From contig JAZQFC010000037.1 in assembly GCA_045539315.1 (NCBI GenBank), forward strand, positions 90,534 through 154,533: a stretch of DNA of 64,000 nucleotides. The letters are read 5' to 3'. Both the position numbers and the translations under genes were made by a program. This document shows, in pieces, positions 45,807 through 55,264 of this stretch. The notes beneath the pieces were generated by a model, which saw only the letters and a program-made list of their open reading frames with translations, ran no database searches and was not told where the DNA came from. This DNA is from Acutalibacteraceae bacterium. GTDB taxonomy: Bacteria; Bacillota; Clostridia; Oscillospirales; Acutalibacteraceae. Positions within the stretch are counted from its first letter, which is position 1; every line of letters begins with the position of its first letter.

Positions 45807-47825
45807 CTAACTAAAATAAGTAAATAATTTTGATTCTATTAAATCTCTGTGACCTGCTGTTTCATTTAAGAAAATTTTATATTTTCCATCAAAACTTAAA
45901 TCAACAAACCCAAGTTCAACTAAAACATCTAAAATAATTCTTAATTTAAACCAGTCTTCAGTTTTGAAAATATTCAAAAGCGCTATATCATCTGCTTGAA
46001 TATATTTTATCATTCTGATTTTCTTATATACAAGCGCAACATCTTCGCGAGTTATAACAAGACTTCTCTCTTGCTCACCAAAATATTTAAATTTTTGATA
46101 ATCTCTTATATCTTTTATTAAATTTTCTTGGTCTATATTCGCACTTCTTATATCTTTTAAAATAATTGACAAGTTTTCATTGCCATTATAAACATTAACA
46201 TCTAAAGTTACTGCCACATCAACTTTATCGCCTTTTCTAAATGAAAACTCCTCTAAAGTTGTAAAAAACGACATAACTTCAATAGCATTATCAAACCCAC
46301 CTGTGCGTGATAAAACAAGTTTTAAATGCTTTCCGCCTGATAACGAGATAATATTCACAATGCTCATATTTAAAATTGCAAATGTAGGCTTTTCATTACC
46401 CTCGCCAAAAGGCTCTAAATTCATCTGAGCATAAGCAGAATTTATATCCAAAGAATTAGGGTTTAATTTACAAGCGATTTCTAATTTATCAAAAGGCATT
46501 ACTTTATAAAGATTTTTTGCGCTATATTGAATCTCTTTTATCGCCTTATCAAAATTTTCTCTTGCAATAGTAATTCCTGCCGCCGAATTATGACCGCCAA
46601 AACTTACTGCATAATCAGAAACACTTGATAATATTTCATAAATAGATGCGTCTTCAAAACTTCTTGCAGAGCCTACTGCGCTAGCATCATCAAGCGAGAA
46701 AACAACTGCAGGGCGAGAAAACATACTGCAAAGTTTTGCCGCAACTATTCCTATAACACCGTGGTGCCAACCCTCTTTATAAACAACAATAACGGGTGCG
46801 GACAATGCTTTTTCATCTCTTGAGAGCATTTCTAATGCTTCACTTAAAATCTCTGCTTCTAAATCTCTGCGCTTTGTATTTAACTCGCACAATTCATTAG
46901 CAAGTTTTTCTGCTTGAGCCTCATTATCGCACAACAAAAGTTCAATGGCTTTTTCAGGGCGAAAAACTCTGCCACAAGCATTAATTCTTGGCGCAATAGT
47001 AAAAGCAACGCCGGTTGAATTGATTTTTTCAACAGAAGAGCCCGCGGCACTAATTAAAGCGCTAACACCCACTCTTATTTGATTTTTAATGCATTTAAGC
47101 CCCTCTTTAACAATTGCTCTGTTATCCTGAATTATCGGCATAACATCGGCAATGGTGCCAATAGCCACCAAATCGCCATATTCTTTTAAAAGGTCTTCAG
47201 GCGCAGTATCAGTGAGCGCGCAACAAAGCATAAATGCCACGCCAACACCTGCAAAATCTTTAAATTCAGTCGCACAGTCAACTCGTTTTGGGTTAACAAC
47301 TGCAACTGCATTTGGCAAACTCTCCCCTGGCAAGTGGTGGTCAGTTACCACAACATCAATATTTTTAGCGCTTGCATAATCAATTTCATCAAAAGCAGAA
47401 ATGCCATTATCAACAGTGATAATAAGTTTTACACCTGCTTGATGCAACTCATCAATTGCGCCGATGCTCATTCCATACCCCTCATCACGAGATGGTACTC
47501 GCCAAATACAGTTAGCGCCAAGTTCAGATAAAACGCTGAAAAGCAAAGTTGTTGAAGTTACACCGTCACAGTCATAGTCTCCAAAAACTGCGATTTTTTC
47601 ACCAGAATTTATCGCGATATGTATTCTCTCTACTGCCTTTTGCATATCAGCAAAAGTATAAGGGTCTTGGCATATACATTCGTCAGACAAAAACTCATCT
47701 ACTAAAAATGGGTCACAAATTCCTTTTGAACATAGCAAATACGCAGTAAAAGTATCAATACCGCACTCTTCTGCTAAACTTGTTGCTATTTTTTTGTCAA
47801 CTTCTGAAAATACCCATTGTTTCAT
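45807..47825 (-). CDS. recJ: Single-stranded-DNA-specific exonuclease RecJ
   Basis: DHH motifs (GDYDCDGVTS, VTDHHLP) and a DHHA1 domain. ATG at 47825 is preferred; the track ORF starts at a TTG at 47831. Confidence 0.9.
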   Translation of the reverse strand: MKQWVFSEVDKKIATSLAEECGIDTFTAYLLCSKGICDPFLVDEFLSDECICQDPYTFADMQKAVERIHIAINSGEKIAVFGDYDCDGVTSTTLLFSVLSELGANCIWRVPSRDEGYGMSIGAIDELHQAGVKLIITVDNGISAFDEIDYASAKNIDVVVTDHHLPGESLPNAVAVVNPKRVDCATEFKDFAGVGVAFMLCCALTDTAPEDLLKEYGDLVAIGTIADVMPIIQDNRAIVKEGLKCIKNQIRVGVSALISAAGSSVEKINSTGVAFTIAPRINACGRVFRPEKAIELLLCDNEAQAEKLANELCELNTKRRDLEAEILSEALEMLSRDEKALSAPVIVVYKEGWHHGVIGIVAAKLCSMFSRPAVVFSLDDASAVGSARSFEDASIYEILSSVSDYAVSFGGHNSAAGITIARENFDKAIKEIQYSAKNLYKVMPFDKLEIACKLNPNSLDINSAYAQMNLEPFGEGNEKPTFAILNMSIVNIISLSGGKHLKLVLSRTGGFDNAIEVMSFFTTLEEFSFRKGDKVDVAVTLDVNVYNGNENLSIILKDIRSANIDQENLIKDIRDYQKFKYFGEQERSLVITREDVALVYKKIRMIKYIQADDIALLNIFKTEDWFKLRIILDVLVELGFVDLSFDGKYKIFLNETAGHRDLIESKLFTYFS

Positions 47826-47858
47826 AGACAAACACTTTTCCTTATATTCTATTTATAA

Positions 47859-47887
47859 ATAATACCATTTTTAAAGGCTTTTTTCAA
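47859..47887 (-). promoter_or_regulatory. Candidate promoter of the recJ-relA unit
   Basis: On the minus strand: TTGAAA, 17-nt spacer, TGgTATTAT. Confidence 0.45.
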
Positions 47888-47907
47888 GATATTTTGACAA
47901 ATTATTA

Positions 47908-47936
47908 TTGATGAATTAAAATAAAAATGCTATAAT
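47908..47936 (+). promoter_or_regulatory. Candidate promoter of fruK
   Basis: TTGATG (47908-47913), 17-nt spacer, TGcTATAAT (-10 at 47931-47936). Confidence 0.45.
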
Positions 47937-47967
47937 TATTCAAAACAAGAAAAAAGCGAGGCTTTTT

Positions 47968-48855
47968 ATGATTTACACAGTCACTTTCAACCCTGCTATT
48001 GACTACTGTATGAAAATACAAGATTTATCATTAGGCAAGACAAATCGCTCTTGCAATGAACAAATCTATTTTGGCGGCAAGGGTATAAATGTTTCATTAG
48101 TTTTAAAACAACTTGATACACCTTCTATTTGTTTAGGTTTTATTGCAGGTTTTACAGGGAATGCTTTAGAAACTCATTTGAAAGAAAAAGGCATACAAAC
48201 CGATTTTATAAATCTTAAAAACGGAAACACAAGAATTAATGTGAAACTCAAAGGCGAAGCAGAAACCGAAATCAATGCAGATGGCCCCGAAATTGATAGT
48301 GGTTCAATAAACGCTCTTTTTGAAAAAATTGAACTTCTCAAAGATGGCGATACTTTGGTTCTTGCGGGTAGTATTCCAAAATCATTGCCTGATGATATTT
48401 ATGAAAAAATTCTTGAAAGAGTGGCAGATAAACAAATTAGAATTGTAATTGACGCTACTAAAAGCTTACTTTTAAACACGCTTAAATACAAACCATTTTT
48501 AATAAAGCCTAACATTGATGAATTGCAAGAAATTTTCGGCAAAGAAATTTCATCTGATAAAGATATAATCGAATGCGCAAAAGAATTGCAACAAAAAGGT
48601 GCTATAAATGTTATTGTATCATTAGGCGAAAATGGTGCAATTTTAGTTGATAATTGTGGCAAAGTTTACAAGCAAAAAGCAATAGGTGGGCGCGCAGTAA
48701 ATTCAGTTGGCGCAGGCGATTCTATGATAGCAGGTTTTTTAAGTGGAATCGACAATGGTTTTGATTATGCAATGAAACTCGGCTCTTGTGCAGCAGGCGC
48801 TACTGCTGTGAGTGAAAATTTAGCAACAAAACAAGAAATTTTAGATTTAATGTAA
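47968..48855 (+). CDS. fruK: 1-phosphofructokinase (PfkB family)
   Basis: 295 aa with MIYTVTFNPAIDY, GGKGINVS and GAGDSMIAGF. Monocistronic, with no fruR or fruA adjacent. Confidence 0.85.
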   Translation: MIYTVTFNPAIDYCMKIQDLSLGKTNRSCNEQIYFGGKGINVSLVLKQLDTPSICLGFIAGFTGNALETHLKEKGIQTDFINLKNGNTRINVKLKGEAETEINADGPEIDSGSINALFEKIELLKDGDTLVLAGSIPKSLPDDIYEKILERVADKQIRIVIDATKSLLLNTLKYKPFLIKPNIDELQEIFGKEISSDKDIIECAKELQQKGAINVIVSLGENGAILVDNCGKVYKQKAIGGRAVNSVGAGDSMIAGFLSGIDNGFDYAMKLGSCAAGATAVSENLATKQEILDLM

Positions 48856-48888
48856 AAAAAAGGAGTTCCAAAACGGAACTCCTTTTTT
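48854..48888. terminator. Bidirectional terminator between fruK and the PqqD-like gene
   Basis: Stem AGGAGTTCC (48861-48869) / GGAACTCCT (48875-48883), flanked by an A-run and a T-run. Confidence 0.8.
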
Positions 48889-48891
48889 AAT

Positions 48892-49230
48892 TTATTTTTT
48901 AAAACTTATAAAATTATAACTTCTTAAAATCTCGAAAAACTGCGAAAGTCTTTCATACAAAGGGTTTGCTTTTTCACCAAAATGCTCTTTAACTTCTTGA
49001 CCGATAGCAATAATGTTTTTCTCGCCATCTATTAAAGGCCAAACAAAACTGCCATTTTCATCAAGATGAATATAAGTAATTTTCGGCTTTTTAAAAAGCA
49101 GTTGAAACACTCTGTTAAACATGCCCTTATTTTCAATTTCAAGGGTAACTATTCCGTTTTCATCGCTAGACCAACCGATTTTTTCGTTTTTAACAGGTAT
49201 TTTCTCTAATATATTTTCATTATTCTTCAT
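48892..49230 (-). CDS. PqqD-like (RRE-type peptide-binding fold) small protein
   Basis: 112 aa with LDENGSFVWPLIDGEKNIIAIGQEVKEHFGE...YERLSQFFEILRSYNFI, resembling the PqqD family. Its start overlaps the OPT gene stop by 11 nt. Confidence 0.6.
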   Translation of the reverse strand: MKNNENILEKIPVKNEKIGWSSDENGIVTLEIENKGMFNRVFQLLFKKPKITYIHLDENGSFVWPLIDGEKNIIAIGQEVKEHFGEKANPLYERLSQFFEILRSYNFISFKK

Positions 49231-51139
49231 CTTCTGCTACCTTTTTAGGTTTTCTCCAGAGCGAGAATTTCAAAACAGTAAGAATGATAATTGCGAATAA
49301 TACAAGCGCACCATAATTATAAACTGATGCCGGAATATAAGATGAAAGGTCGATTACTTTATCAATACCGAATACTGCAAGTAATGCAAGAATGATACCT
49401 ACAAGGCCTTCGCCTGCAATCATACCTGAACAGAAAAGAACACCATCGTTAACAATGCGTTTTTTCTCTTCTTCTTTTTTCTTCATCTTATCAAGAGCCA
49501 AACGGATAAGACCGCCAACCATAATACAAGCATTAAGTTGAACAGGCAAGTAAACACCAATTGCAAATGGCAATACAGGAATACCGATAAGTTCAACAAC
49601 AACTGCAATAAACACACCTGTGAAAACAAGTGCCCAAGGAAGATTTCCTTCCATAACACCTTCGATAATAAGTTTCATCAAAGTTGCTTGTGGAGCAGCA
49701 AGTTGGTCTGAACCAAAGCCCCAAGCAGCGTCTAACAAATACAATGTTCCACCAATAGCAAATGCAGCGGCAATAACACCAACTATTTCACCAACTTGTT
49801 GTTTTTTAGGTGTTGCGCCTAAAAGATAACCTGTTTTCAAGTCTTGTGAAGTATCGCCCGCGATAGCAGATACAATACAAATAACTGAACCGATAGCAAT
49901 GGCGCTAACCATACCTTCAACACCGCTTGCACCTGTTACTTTAAGAATAAGTGTTGCAATAAGAAGTGTAGCAATTGCCATACCTGAAACAGGGTTGTTA
50001 CTACTACCAACAAGACCTACCATTCTACTTGAAACAGTTGCAAAGAAGAAACCGAATACAACAATGATAAATGCGCCGAGCAATGATACAGGAATTGCAG
50101 GAATAAGCCATACTAAAAATGTTAAAACAACAATTGCAGCGATAACAACTTTAATGTTAATATCTTGCTGTGTACGCTCTGTACCTGCTGTACCTGCGCC
50201 TTTCATACTCTTCATAGCGCCTGTAAATGTTTTAACGATAAGTGGCAATGATTTGATAAGGCTGATAATACCACCTGCTGCGAGCGCACCTGCGCCGATG
50301 TATCTGATATAAGTACCCCAGATAGCGCCTGCGCCACCATCAGCAAAAATTTTACTAATTGGAGCAGTACCAGGATAAAGAACGATATCTGCGCCAAAAA
50401 GAACGATAAGCGGAATTAATACGAGCCAACTTAAAACGCCACCTGCGAACATATAAGAAGAAATTCTTGCTCCACAAATATAACCAACGCTCATTACTGC
50501 AGGATAAATTTGTGTACCAATTTCACCGGCAAAACCTTTTACTCTAAAAGAAATTTCGCCTGTTACAACCTTAAGACCATCAATAATAAATTTAAAGAGA
50601 GCCGCAAAACCCATACCTGCAAATACTGCAGAAGCATTTGCGCCACCTTTTTCGCCTGCTAAAAGCACTTCTGCACAAGCAGTTCCTTCAGGATAAGGCA
50701 AAACACCATGCTCTTTAACGATAAGCGCATTTCTAAGCGGTACCATAAAGAACACACCCAAAAGACCGCCGATTAAAGCGATAAGAGTGATACTAATGAT
50801 ATCTGGTTTTTCCATTTTACCCTCTGCTGCCCATAAGAACAAAGCAGGAAGTGTAAAAATTGCACCTGCTGCCAATGATTCACCGGCAGAACCAATTGTT
50901 TGAACAACGTTACTTTCAAGAATTGAGTTTTTACGCATTAAAATACGAATAACACCCATTGAAATAACTGCCGCTGGAATTGAAGCCGAAACTGTCATAC
51001 CAACTCGAAGTCCTAAATAAGCGTTTGCTGCGCCAAATACAACTGCCAAAATAATACCCATTACAATAGAAGTTATTGTAATTTCAGGAGTGATTTTTGA
51101 AGCAGGAATATAAGGCTTGAATTCTTTTTTACTGTCCAT
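49220..51139 (-). CDS. OPT-family oligopeptide transporter
   Basis: 639 aa, about 16 TM helices, Gly/Ala-rich helices typical of bacterial OPT proteins. Confidence 0.82.
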   Translation of the reverse strand: MDSKKEFKPYIPASKITPEITITSIVMGIILAVVFGAANAYLGLRVGMTVSASIPAAVISMGVIRILMRKNSILESNVVQTIGSAGESLAAGAIFTLPALFLWAAEGKMEKPDIISITLIALIGGLLGVFFMVPLRNALIVKEHGVLPYPEGTACAEVLLAGEKGGANASAVFAGMGFAALFKFIIDGLKVVTGEISFRVKGFAGEIGTQIYPAVMSVGYICGARISSYMFAGGVLSWLVLIPLIVLFGADIVLYPGTAPISKIFADGGAGAIWGTYIRYIGAGALAAGGIISLIKSLPLIVKTFTGAMKSMKGAGTAGTERTQQDINIKVVIAAIVVLTFLVWLIPAIPVSLLGAFIIVVFGFFFATVSSRMVGLVGSSNNPVSGMAIATLLIATLILKVTGASGVEGMVSAIAIGSVICIVSAIAGDTSQDLKTGYLLGATPKKQQVGEIVGVIAAAFAIGGTLYLLDAAWGFGSDQLAAPQATLMKLIIEGVMEGNLPWALVFTGVFIAVVVELIGIPVLPFAIGVYLPVQLNACIMVGGLIRLALDKMKKKEEEKKRIVNDGVLFCSGMIAGEGLVGIILALLAVFGIDKVIDLSSYIPASVYNYGALVLFAIIILTVLKFSLWRKPKKVAEDEE

Positions 51140-51205
51140 ATATTTTCTCCATTCTGTAAATTTTAATTATTATACCATATTTTATTATTTATTGCAAACA
51201 ATATT

Positions 51206-52651
51206 TTATTTGCATTTTTCAAGAATTGATAAAACAAGATTAAAAATTCTTCCCACTGAAGAAATACTTAATTTTTCCCCTGTTGTATGAACATCGTAAA
51301 GTTGTGGGCCAATTGAAATGCAGTCAAGATTTTCTATCTTTGCCGAGAACACTCCACACTCAAGACCTGCATGAATTGCCTCAACTTTTGCATCAAAACC
51401 AAATTGCTCTTTAAATGCAGTTTTATAAATCTCTTGCAAAGTTGAATTTTCAACAAATTCCCAAGGCGGATAATCGCCAGACGCTTTTGTTTCAAAATCT
51501 CCGATGCTAAAGAACAAGAAAAGTCTATCTTTCAAATTTTCAAGTGCAGAGAGTTTATTGCTTCTCAAAGCAAAGCCAAAATTAATGCCATTTTCTTCTG
51601 TGTTTAAAATTCCCAAATTAAGCGAAGTTTCAACAAGCCCCTCTATCTCTTTGCTCATTGAAATTATGCCGTTTGGTACACAAACAAGAGTATAAATAAG
51701 CATATTTTTAGAAGTTTCATCAATTACTGAATGCTCTTTATTTTCATTATCAACAGTTATTGAAAATGAAAAATTTTCTTCTCTTGATTTTATCTCTTTT
51801 TTGATAATTTCGAGATATTCACTTGCTTTTTTAGTTAATTTTTCAACATCTTCTGCAACTAATCTTACTTTGCATCTATTTGGAATAGCATTTGACTTAT
51901 CGCCACCTACTATATCAATTACATTATAATCGCAAACGCCTTTTAAATGTTGCAAAACTCTGCCCATTAAAACAGACGCATTAACGCCACCTCGGTCAAT
52001 TTCAACACCTGAATGGCCACCCATAAGACCGCTTAAAGTAATATCTACTTCTGCGCCCAAAAAGGTTTCTCTCGCTACATTTAATCTTGCCTGAAAATCG
52101 CTACCACCTGCGCAAGAAACAGTAACGGTATCATCTTCTTCAGAGTCTAAATTAATCATTCTTTTAGCAGATAAACCATCTGTGCAAAGCGCAGTTGCGC
52201 CTATCATACCAACTTCTTCATCGGTAGTGAAAACCGCCTCAATAGCAGGGTGAGCATACTCATCACTTTCTAAAATAGCCAAAACACAAGCTACCGCAAT
52301 GCCATTATCTGCGCCGAGTGTTGTACCATTTGCAAAAACAAAATCGCCATCAACTGCTAAATCAAGCCCATCTGTTTCAAAGTTTATACTGCTATCTTCT
52401 GTTTTTTGACAAACCATATCAAGATGACCTTGAAGAATTACAGGAACACTTTCTTCATAACCCTTTGATGCTTCTTTAAAAATGATAACATTATTTGCTT
52501 CATCTCTTACTGCTTTTAAATTATGCTTTTTAGCAAATTCCAAACAATATGCGCTTATTTTTTCCATATCATAAGAGCCGTGTGGAATACTGCATATTTC
52601 TTCGAAATATTTAAAAACTCTTTCAGGTTTTAAACCCTCTAATTTTAACAT
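51206..52651 (-). CDS. pepD: Aminoacyl-histidine dipeptidase (M20C, PepD)
   Basis: 481 aa. N-terminus LKPERVFKYFEEICSIPHGS and metal-ligand blocks HLDMV and TDEEVGM. Confidence 0.88.
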   Translation of the reverse strand: MLKLEGLKPERVFKYFEEICSIPHGSYDMEKISAYCLEFAKKHNLKAVRDEANNVIIFKEASKGYEESVPVILQGHLDMVCQKTEDSSINFETDGLDLAVDGDFVFANGTTLGADNGIAVACVLAILESDEYAHPAIEAVFTTDEEVGMIGATALCTDGLSAKRMINLDSEEDDTVTVSCAGGSDFQARLNVARETFLGAEVDITLSGLMGGHSGVEIDRGGVNASVLMGRVLQHLKGVCDYNVIDIVGGDKSNAIPNRCKVRLVAEDVEKLTKKASEYLEIIKKEIKSREENFSFSITVDNENKEHSVIDETSKNMLIYTLVCVPNGIISMSKEIEGLVETSLNLGILNTEENGINFGFALRSNKLSALENLKDRLFLFFSIGDFETKASGDYPPWEFVENSTLQEIYKTAFKEQFGFDAKVEAIHAGLECGVFSAKIENLDCISIGPQLYDVHTTGEKLSISSVGRIFNLVLSILEKCK

Positions 52652-52680
52652 TTATATCTCCCTTTTTTAAAATTTTTATT

Positions 52681-52709
52681 ATTATACCACAAAAGACTAA
52701 AAAGTGCAA
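52681..52709 (-). promoter_or_regulatory. Candidate pepD promoter
   Basis: On the minus strand: TTGCAC, 17-nt spacer, TGgTATAAT, about 30 nt upstream of the ATG. A GGGAG RBS follows. Confidence 0.5.
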
Positions 52710-52718
52710 ACAACAAAT

Positions 52719-52755
52719 AAAAAAACAGAGCGCCAGAATCTGACGCTCTGTTTTT
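52719..52755. terminator. Orphan terminator-like hairpin between divergent promoters
   Basis: Stem CAGAGCG (52726-52732) / CGCTCTG (52744-52750), A-run before and T-run after. No annotated gene ends here on either strand. Confidence 0.5.
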
Positions 52756-52916
52756 CAAATAGAGAGGGACGAAAAACTAAGAACTTTTTTCGCTTTTCAC
52801 TTATTAAGTGTAAAACAAAAGTCAAAAAGTTTCAAATTTTCAAAGATTTTTAAAAATAACATTTTCACCTTTTGAGAATAGAATATTATAGAACGATAAA
52901 TACAGGTGAAAGCAAA

Positions 52917-53141
52917 ATGAATTCTACTCTTGATGACATACAATTAGGCGAAAATGCCACTGTATATAAACTAAATTCCACAGGAAATATTAGAAGAAGA
53001 TTTTTAGATATAGGTCTTATTGAAAATACAACTGTAAAATGCGTTGGCGAAAACGCAAGTAAAAACATGAAAGCATTTTTAATAAGGGGTGCAATAATTG
53101 CTATTCGCACAGATGATTTGAAAGATATTTTGATTAAATAG
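52917..53141 (+). CDS. feoA: FeoA-family protein
   Basis: 74 aa from the ATG at 52917 (AGGTGA RBS) with an SH3-like FeoA pattern (GENATVYKL...RRRFLDIGLIENTTV). Confidence 0.85.
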   Translation: MNSTLDDIQLGENATVYKLNSTGNIRRRFLDIGLIENTTVKCVGENASKNMKAFLIRGAIIAIRTDDLKDILIK

Positions 53142-53150
53142 GTGGTTTTT

Positions 53151-55226
53151 ATGGAAAACAAAACTATTGCGCTCGCAGGCAACCCCAACGTTGGCAAAAG
53201 CACCGTTTTTAATGGGCTTACAGGTATGAATCAACACACAGGAAACTGGGCAGGAAAAACAGTAGAAAACGCCTTTGGAATAGTAACAGGAAATAAAAAC
53301 ACCTATACTCTTGTTGATATCCCTGGTACATATTCACTTATGGCTAATTCAAAAGAAGAACAAATCGCCAGGTTCTACCTTTGTTTTGAAAACTGCGATG
53401 CTGTTATCGTTGTTTGCGATGCTACTTGCATTGAAAGAAATCTCAACCTTGTTTTGCAAACAATGGAGATACATAAAAATGTTTTGGTTTGCGTTAACCT
53501 TTTAGACGAGGCAAAAAGAAAAGGAATAACAGTTGATTTAGACCTTTTATCTAAAAGGCTTGGCACTTGTGTTTTTGGCACAACTGCAAAGGATAAAAAG
53601 AGTTTGAAAACTGTTTTAGACACGCTTGATGATTATTTTGAAAAAAGCAAAAACAACTCTTTTTTTAATATTTTATATGATGATGCAATTGAAAAAGCGA
53701 TTTGCGTTTTGCAAAGCGAAATTGAAAAGATAGACTGCAAAACCCTAAATCCAAGATGGATAAGTTTAAAAATTCTTGAAAAAGATATGAGTTTAATAGA
53801 TGAAATAAGCGATTTTCTGGGTGTTGATTTGCTCCAAAACGAAGCAATAATAAACGCAATTAAAAAAGCGAATAAAATCTTGGCAGAAGAAAATTTAGCA
53901 GGAGAAAAAATCAAAGATAAAATCGTTTTTTCAATAGTAAATTACGCAGAACTTATCTGCAAAAATATTATTAAAACAACTTCTCAAAAATCATATAACA
54001 AAGACCAAAAAATCGACAAAATCTTAACTTCAAAAACCTTTGGTTTTCCGATAATGTTTATTGGTTTGCTAGTTATTTTGTGGCTAACAATAAGCGGTGC
54101 AAACTATCCTTCAAATCTGCTTTACACTCTTTTTATGTATTTGCAGGATAAACTAATTGAGTTAAGCATAATTATTGGCTTACCGCAGTGGCTTTATAAT
54201 GCATTGTTTCTCGGCGTTTTCAGAGTGCTTTCATGGGTTGTTGCAGTAATGCTTCCGCCTATGACAATATTTTTTCCGCTTTTCACTCTGCTTGAAGATG
54301 TCGGCTTTTTGCCGAGAGTTGCATATAATCTTGATAAGCCTTTTAAAAAATGCAACGCTTGTGGAAAACAAGCGCTGACTATGTGTATGGGGTTTGGTTG
54401 CAACGCAGTCGGTGTTACAGGGTGCAGAATAATCGATTCAAAAAGAGAGCGACTAATCGCAATTTTAACCAACACTTTTGTGCCTTGCAATGGCAGATTC
54501 TCAAGTTTAATCGCAGTTATCACTATGTTTTTTATCGGCAGTAGCATTGGGCTTTTCTCATCGCTTTTTTCTGCGTTTCTTTTAGCGCTGACAATACTTT
54601 TAGGAATACTGATAACATTTTTAGCAAGCAACTTCTTGTCTAAAACGCTACTCAAAGGCGAACCATCATCATTCACACTCGAACTGCCATCATATCGCAA
54701 ACCTCAAATTTTAAAAGTAATTGTGCGCTCAATTTTCGATAGAACACTTTATGTTTTAAAACGAGCGATAATAGTAGCCGCCCCTGCAGGTCTTATAATA
54801 TGGCTTTTTGCTAATATTCACATAGGTGGGCAAACAATTCTTGAAATTTCATCCTTATATTTACACCCAATTGCTAAAATTTTTGGGCTTGATGGCGTAA
54901 TTTTACTTGCATTTATACTCGGTTTTCCTGCAAATGAAATCGTTATACCAATTATACTTATGGCTTATCTTTCAAGCAGTACGCTAATTGATTATTCCGA
55001 TTTGTCAACTCTAAAAACGCTTTTTGTTGACAACGGTTGGACTATAACGACAGCGCTTTGCTTTATTGTATTTTCACTTTTCCATTGGCCTTGCTCAACC
55101 ACTGTTTTAACAATAAAACACGAAACAAACAGTTTAAAATGGACACTTGTTTCTGTGATTTTACCAACTGCAATAGGGCTTATACTCTGCTTTTTAATCA
55201 ACTTATTATCAACAATTTTTGCATAA
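53151..55226 (+). CDS. feoB: Ferrous iron transporter FeoB
   Basis: 691 aa from the ATG at 53151 (AGGTGG RBS). G-domain GNPNVGKSTVFN and DIPG, followed by a polytopic membrane domain. Confidence 0.93.
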   Translation: MENKTIALAGNPNVGKSTVFNGLTGMNQHTGNWAGKTVENAFGIVTGNKNTYTLVDIPGTYSLMANSKEEQIARFYLCFENCDAVIVVCDATCIERNLNLVLQTMEIHKNVLVCVNLLDEAKRKGITVDLDLLSKRLGTCVFGTTAKDKKSLKTVLDTLDDYFEKSKNNSFFNILYDDAIEKAICVLQSEIEKIDCKTLNPRWISLKILEKDMSLIDEISDFLGVDLLQNEAIINAIKKANKILAEENLAGEKIKDKIVFSIVNYAELICKNIIKTTSQKSYNKDQKIDKILTSKTFGFPIMFIGLLVILWLTISGANYPSNLLYTLFMYLQDKLIELSIIIGLPQWLYNALFLGVFRVLSWVVAVMLPPMTIFFPLFTLLEDVGFLPRVAYNLDKPFKKCNACGKQALTMCMGFGCNAVGVTGCRIIDSKRERLIAILTNTFVPCNGRFSSLIAVITMFFIGSSIGLFSSLFSAFLLALTILLGILITFLASNFLSKTLLKGEPSSFTLELPSYRKPQILKVIVRSIFDRTLYVLKRAIIVAAPAGLIIWLFANIHIGGQTILEISSLYLHPIAKIFGLDGVILLAFILGFPANEIVIPIILMAYLSSSTLIDYSDLSTLKTLFVDNGWTITTALCFIVFSLFHWPCSTTVLTIKHETNSLKWTLVSVILPTAIGLILCFLINLLSTIFA

Positions 55227-55261
55227 GAAAAAACACTTAAGTTTTACCTTAAGTGTTTTTT
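55227..55261. terminator. Bidirectional terminator between feoB and the lactate dehydrogenase gene
   Basis: Stem ACACTTAAG (55233-55241) / CTTAAGTGT (55248-55256) with flanking A-run and T-run. Confidence 0.8.
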
Positions 55262-55264
55262 AAT

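Noticed and set aside
43357-47831. The recJ, relA, small ORF, MBL and hemZ block as something unusual (for example the absence of dtd after relA).
   Set aside because: The gene order is a common clostridial housekeeping arrangement. The absence of one gene from the window is not informative without the whole genome.
52860-52900. Possible Fur box (TTGAGAATAGAATATTAT) overlapping the putative feoA promoter.
   Set aside because: It shows only partial resemblance to GATAAT-type hexamers and has no dyad symmetry. That is too weak in AT-rich DNA to call without a position-weight-matrix score.
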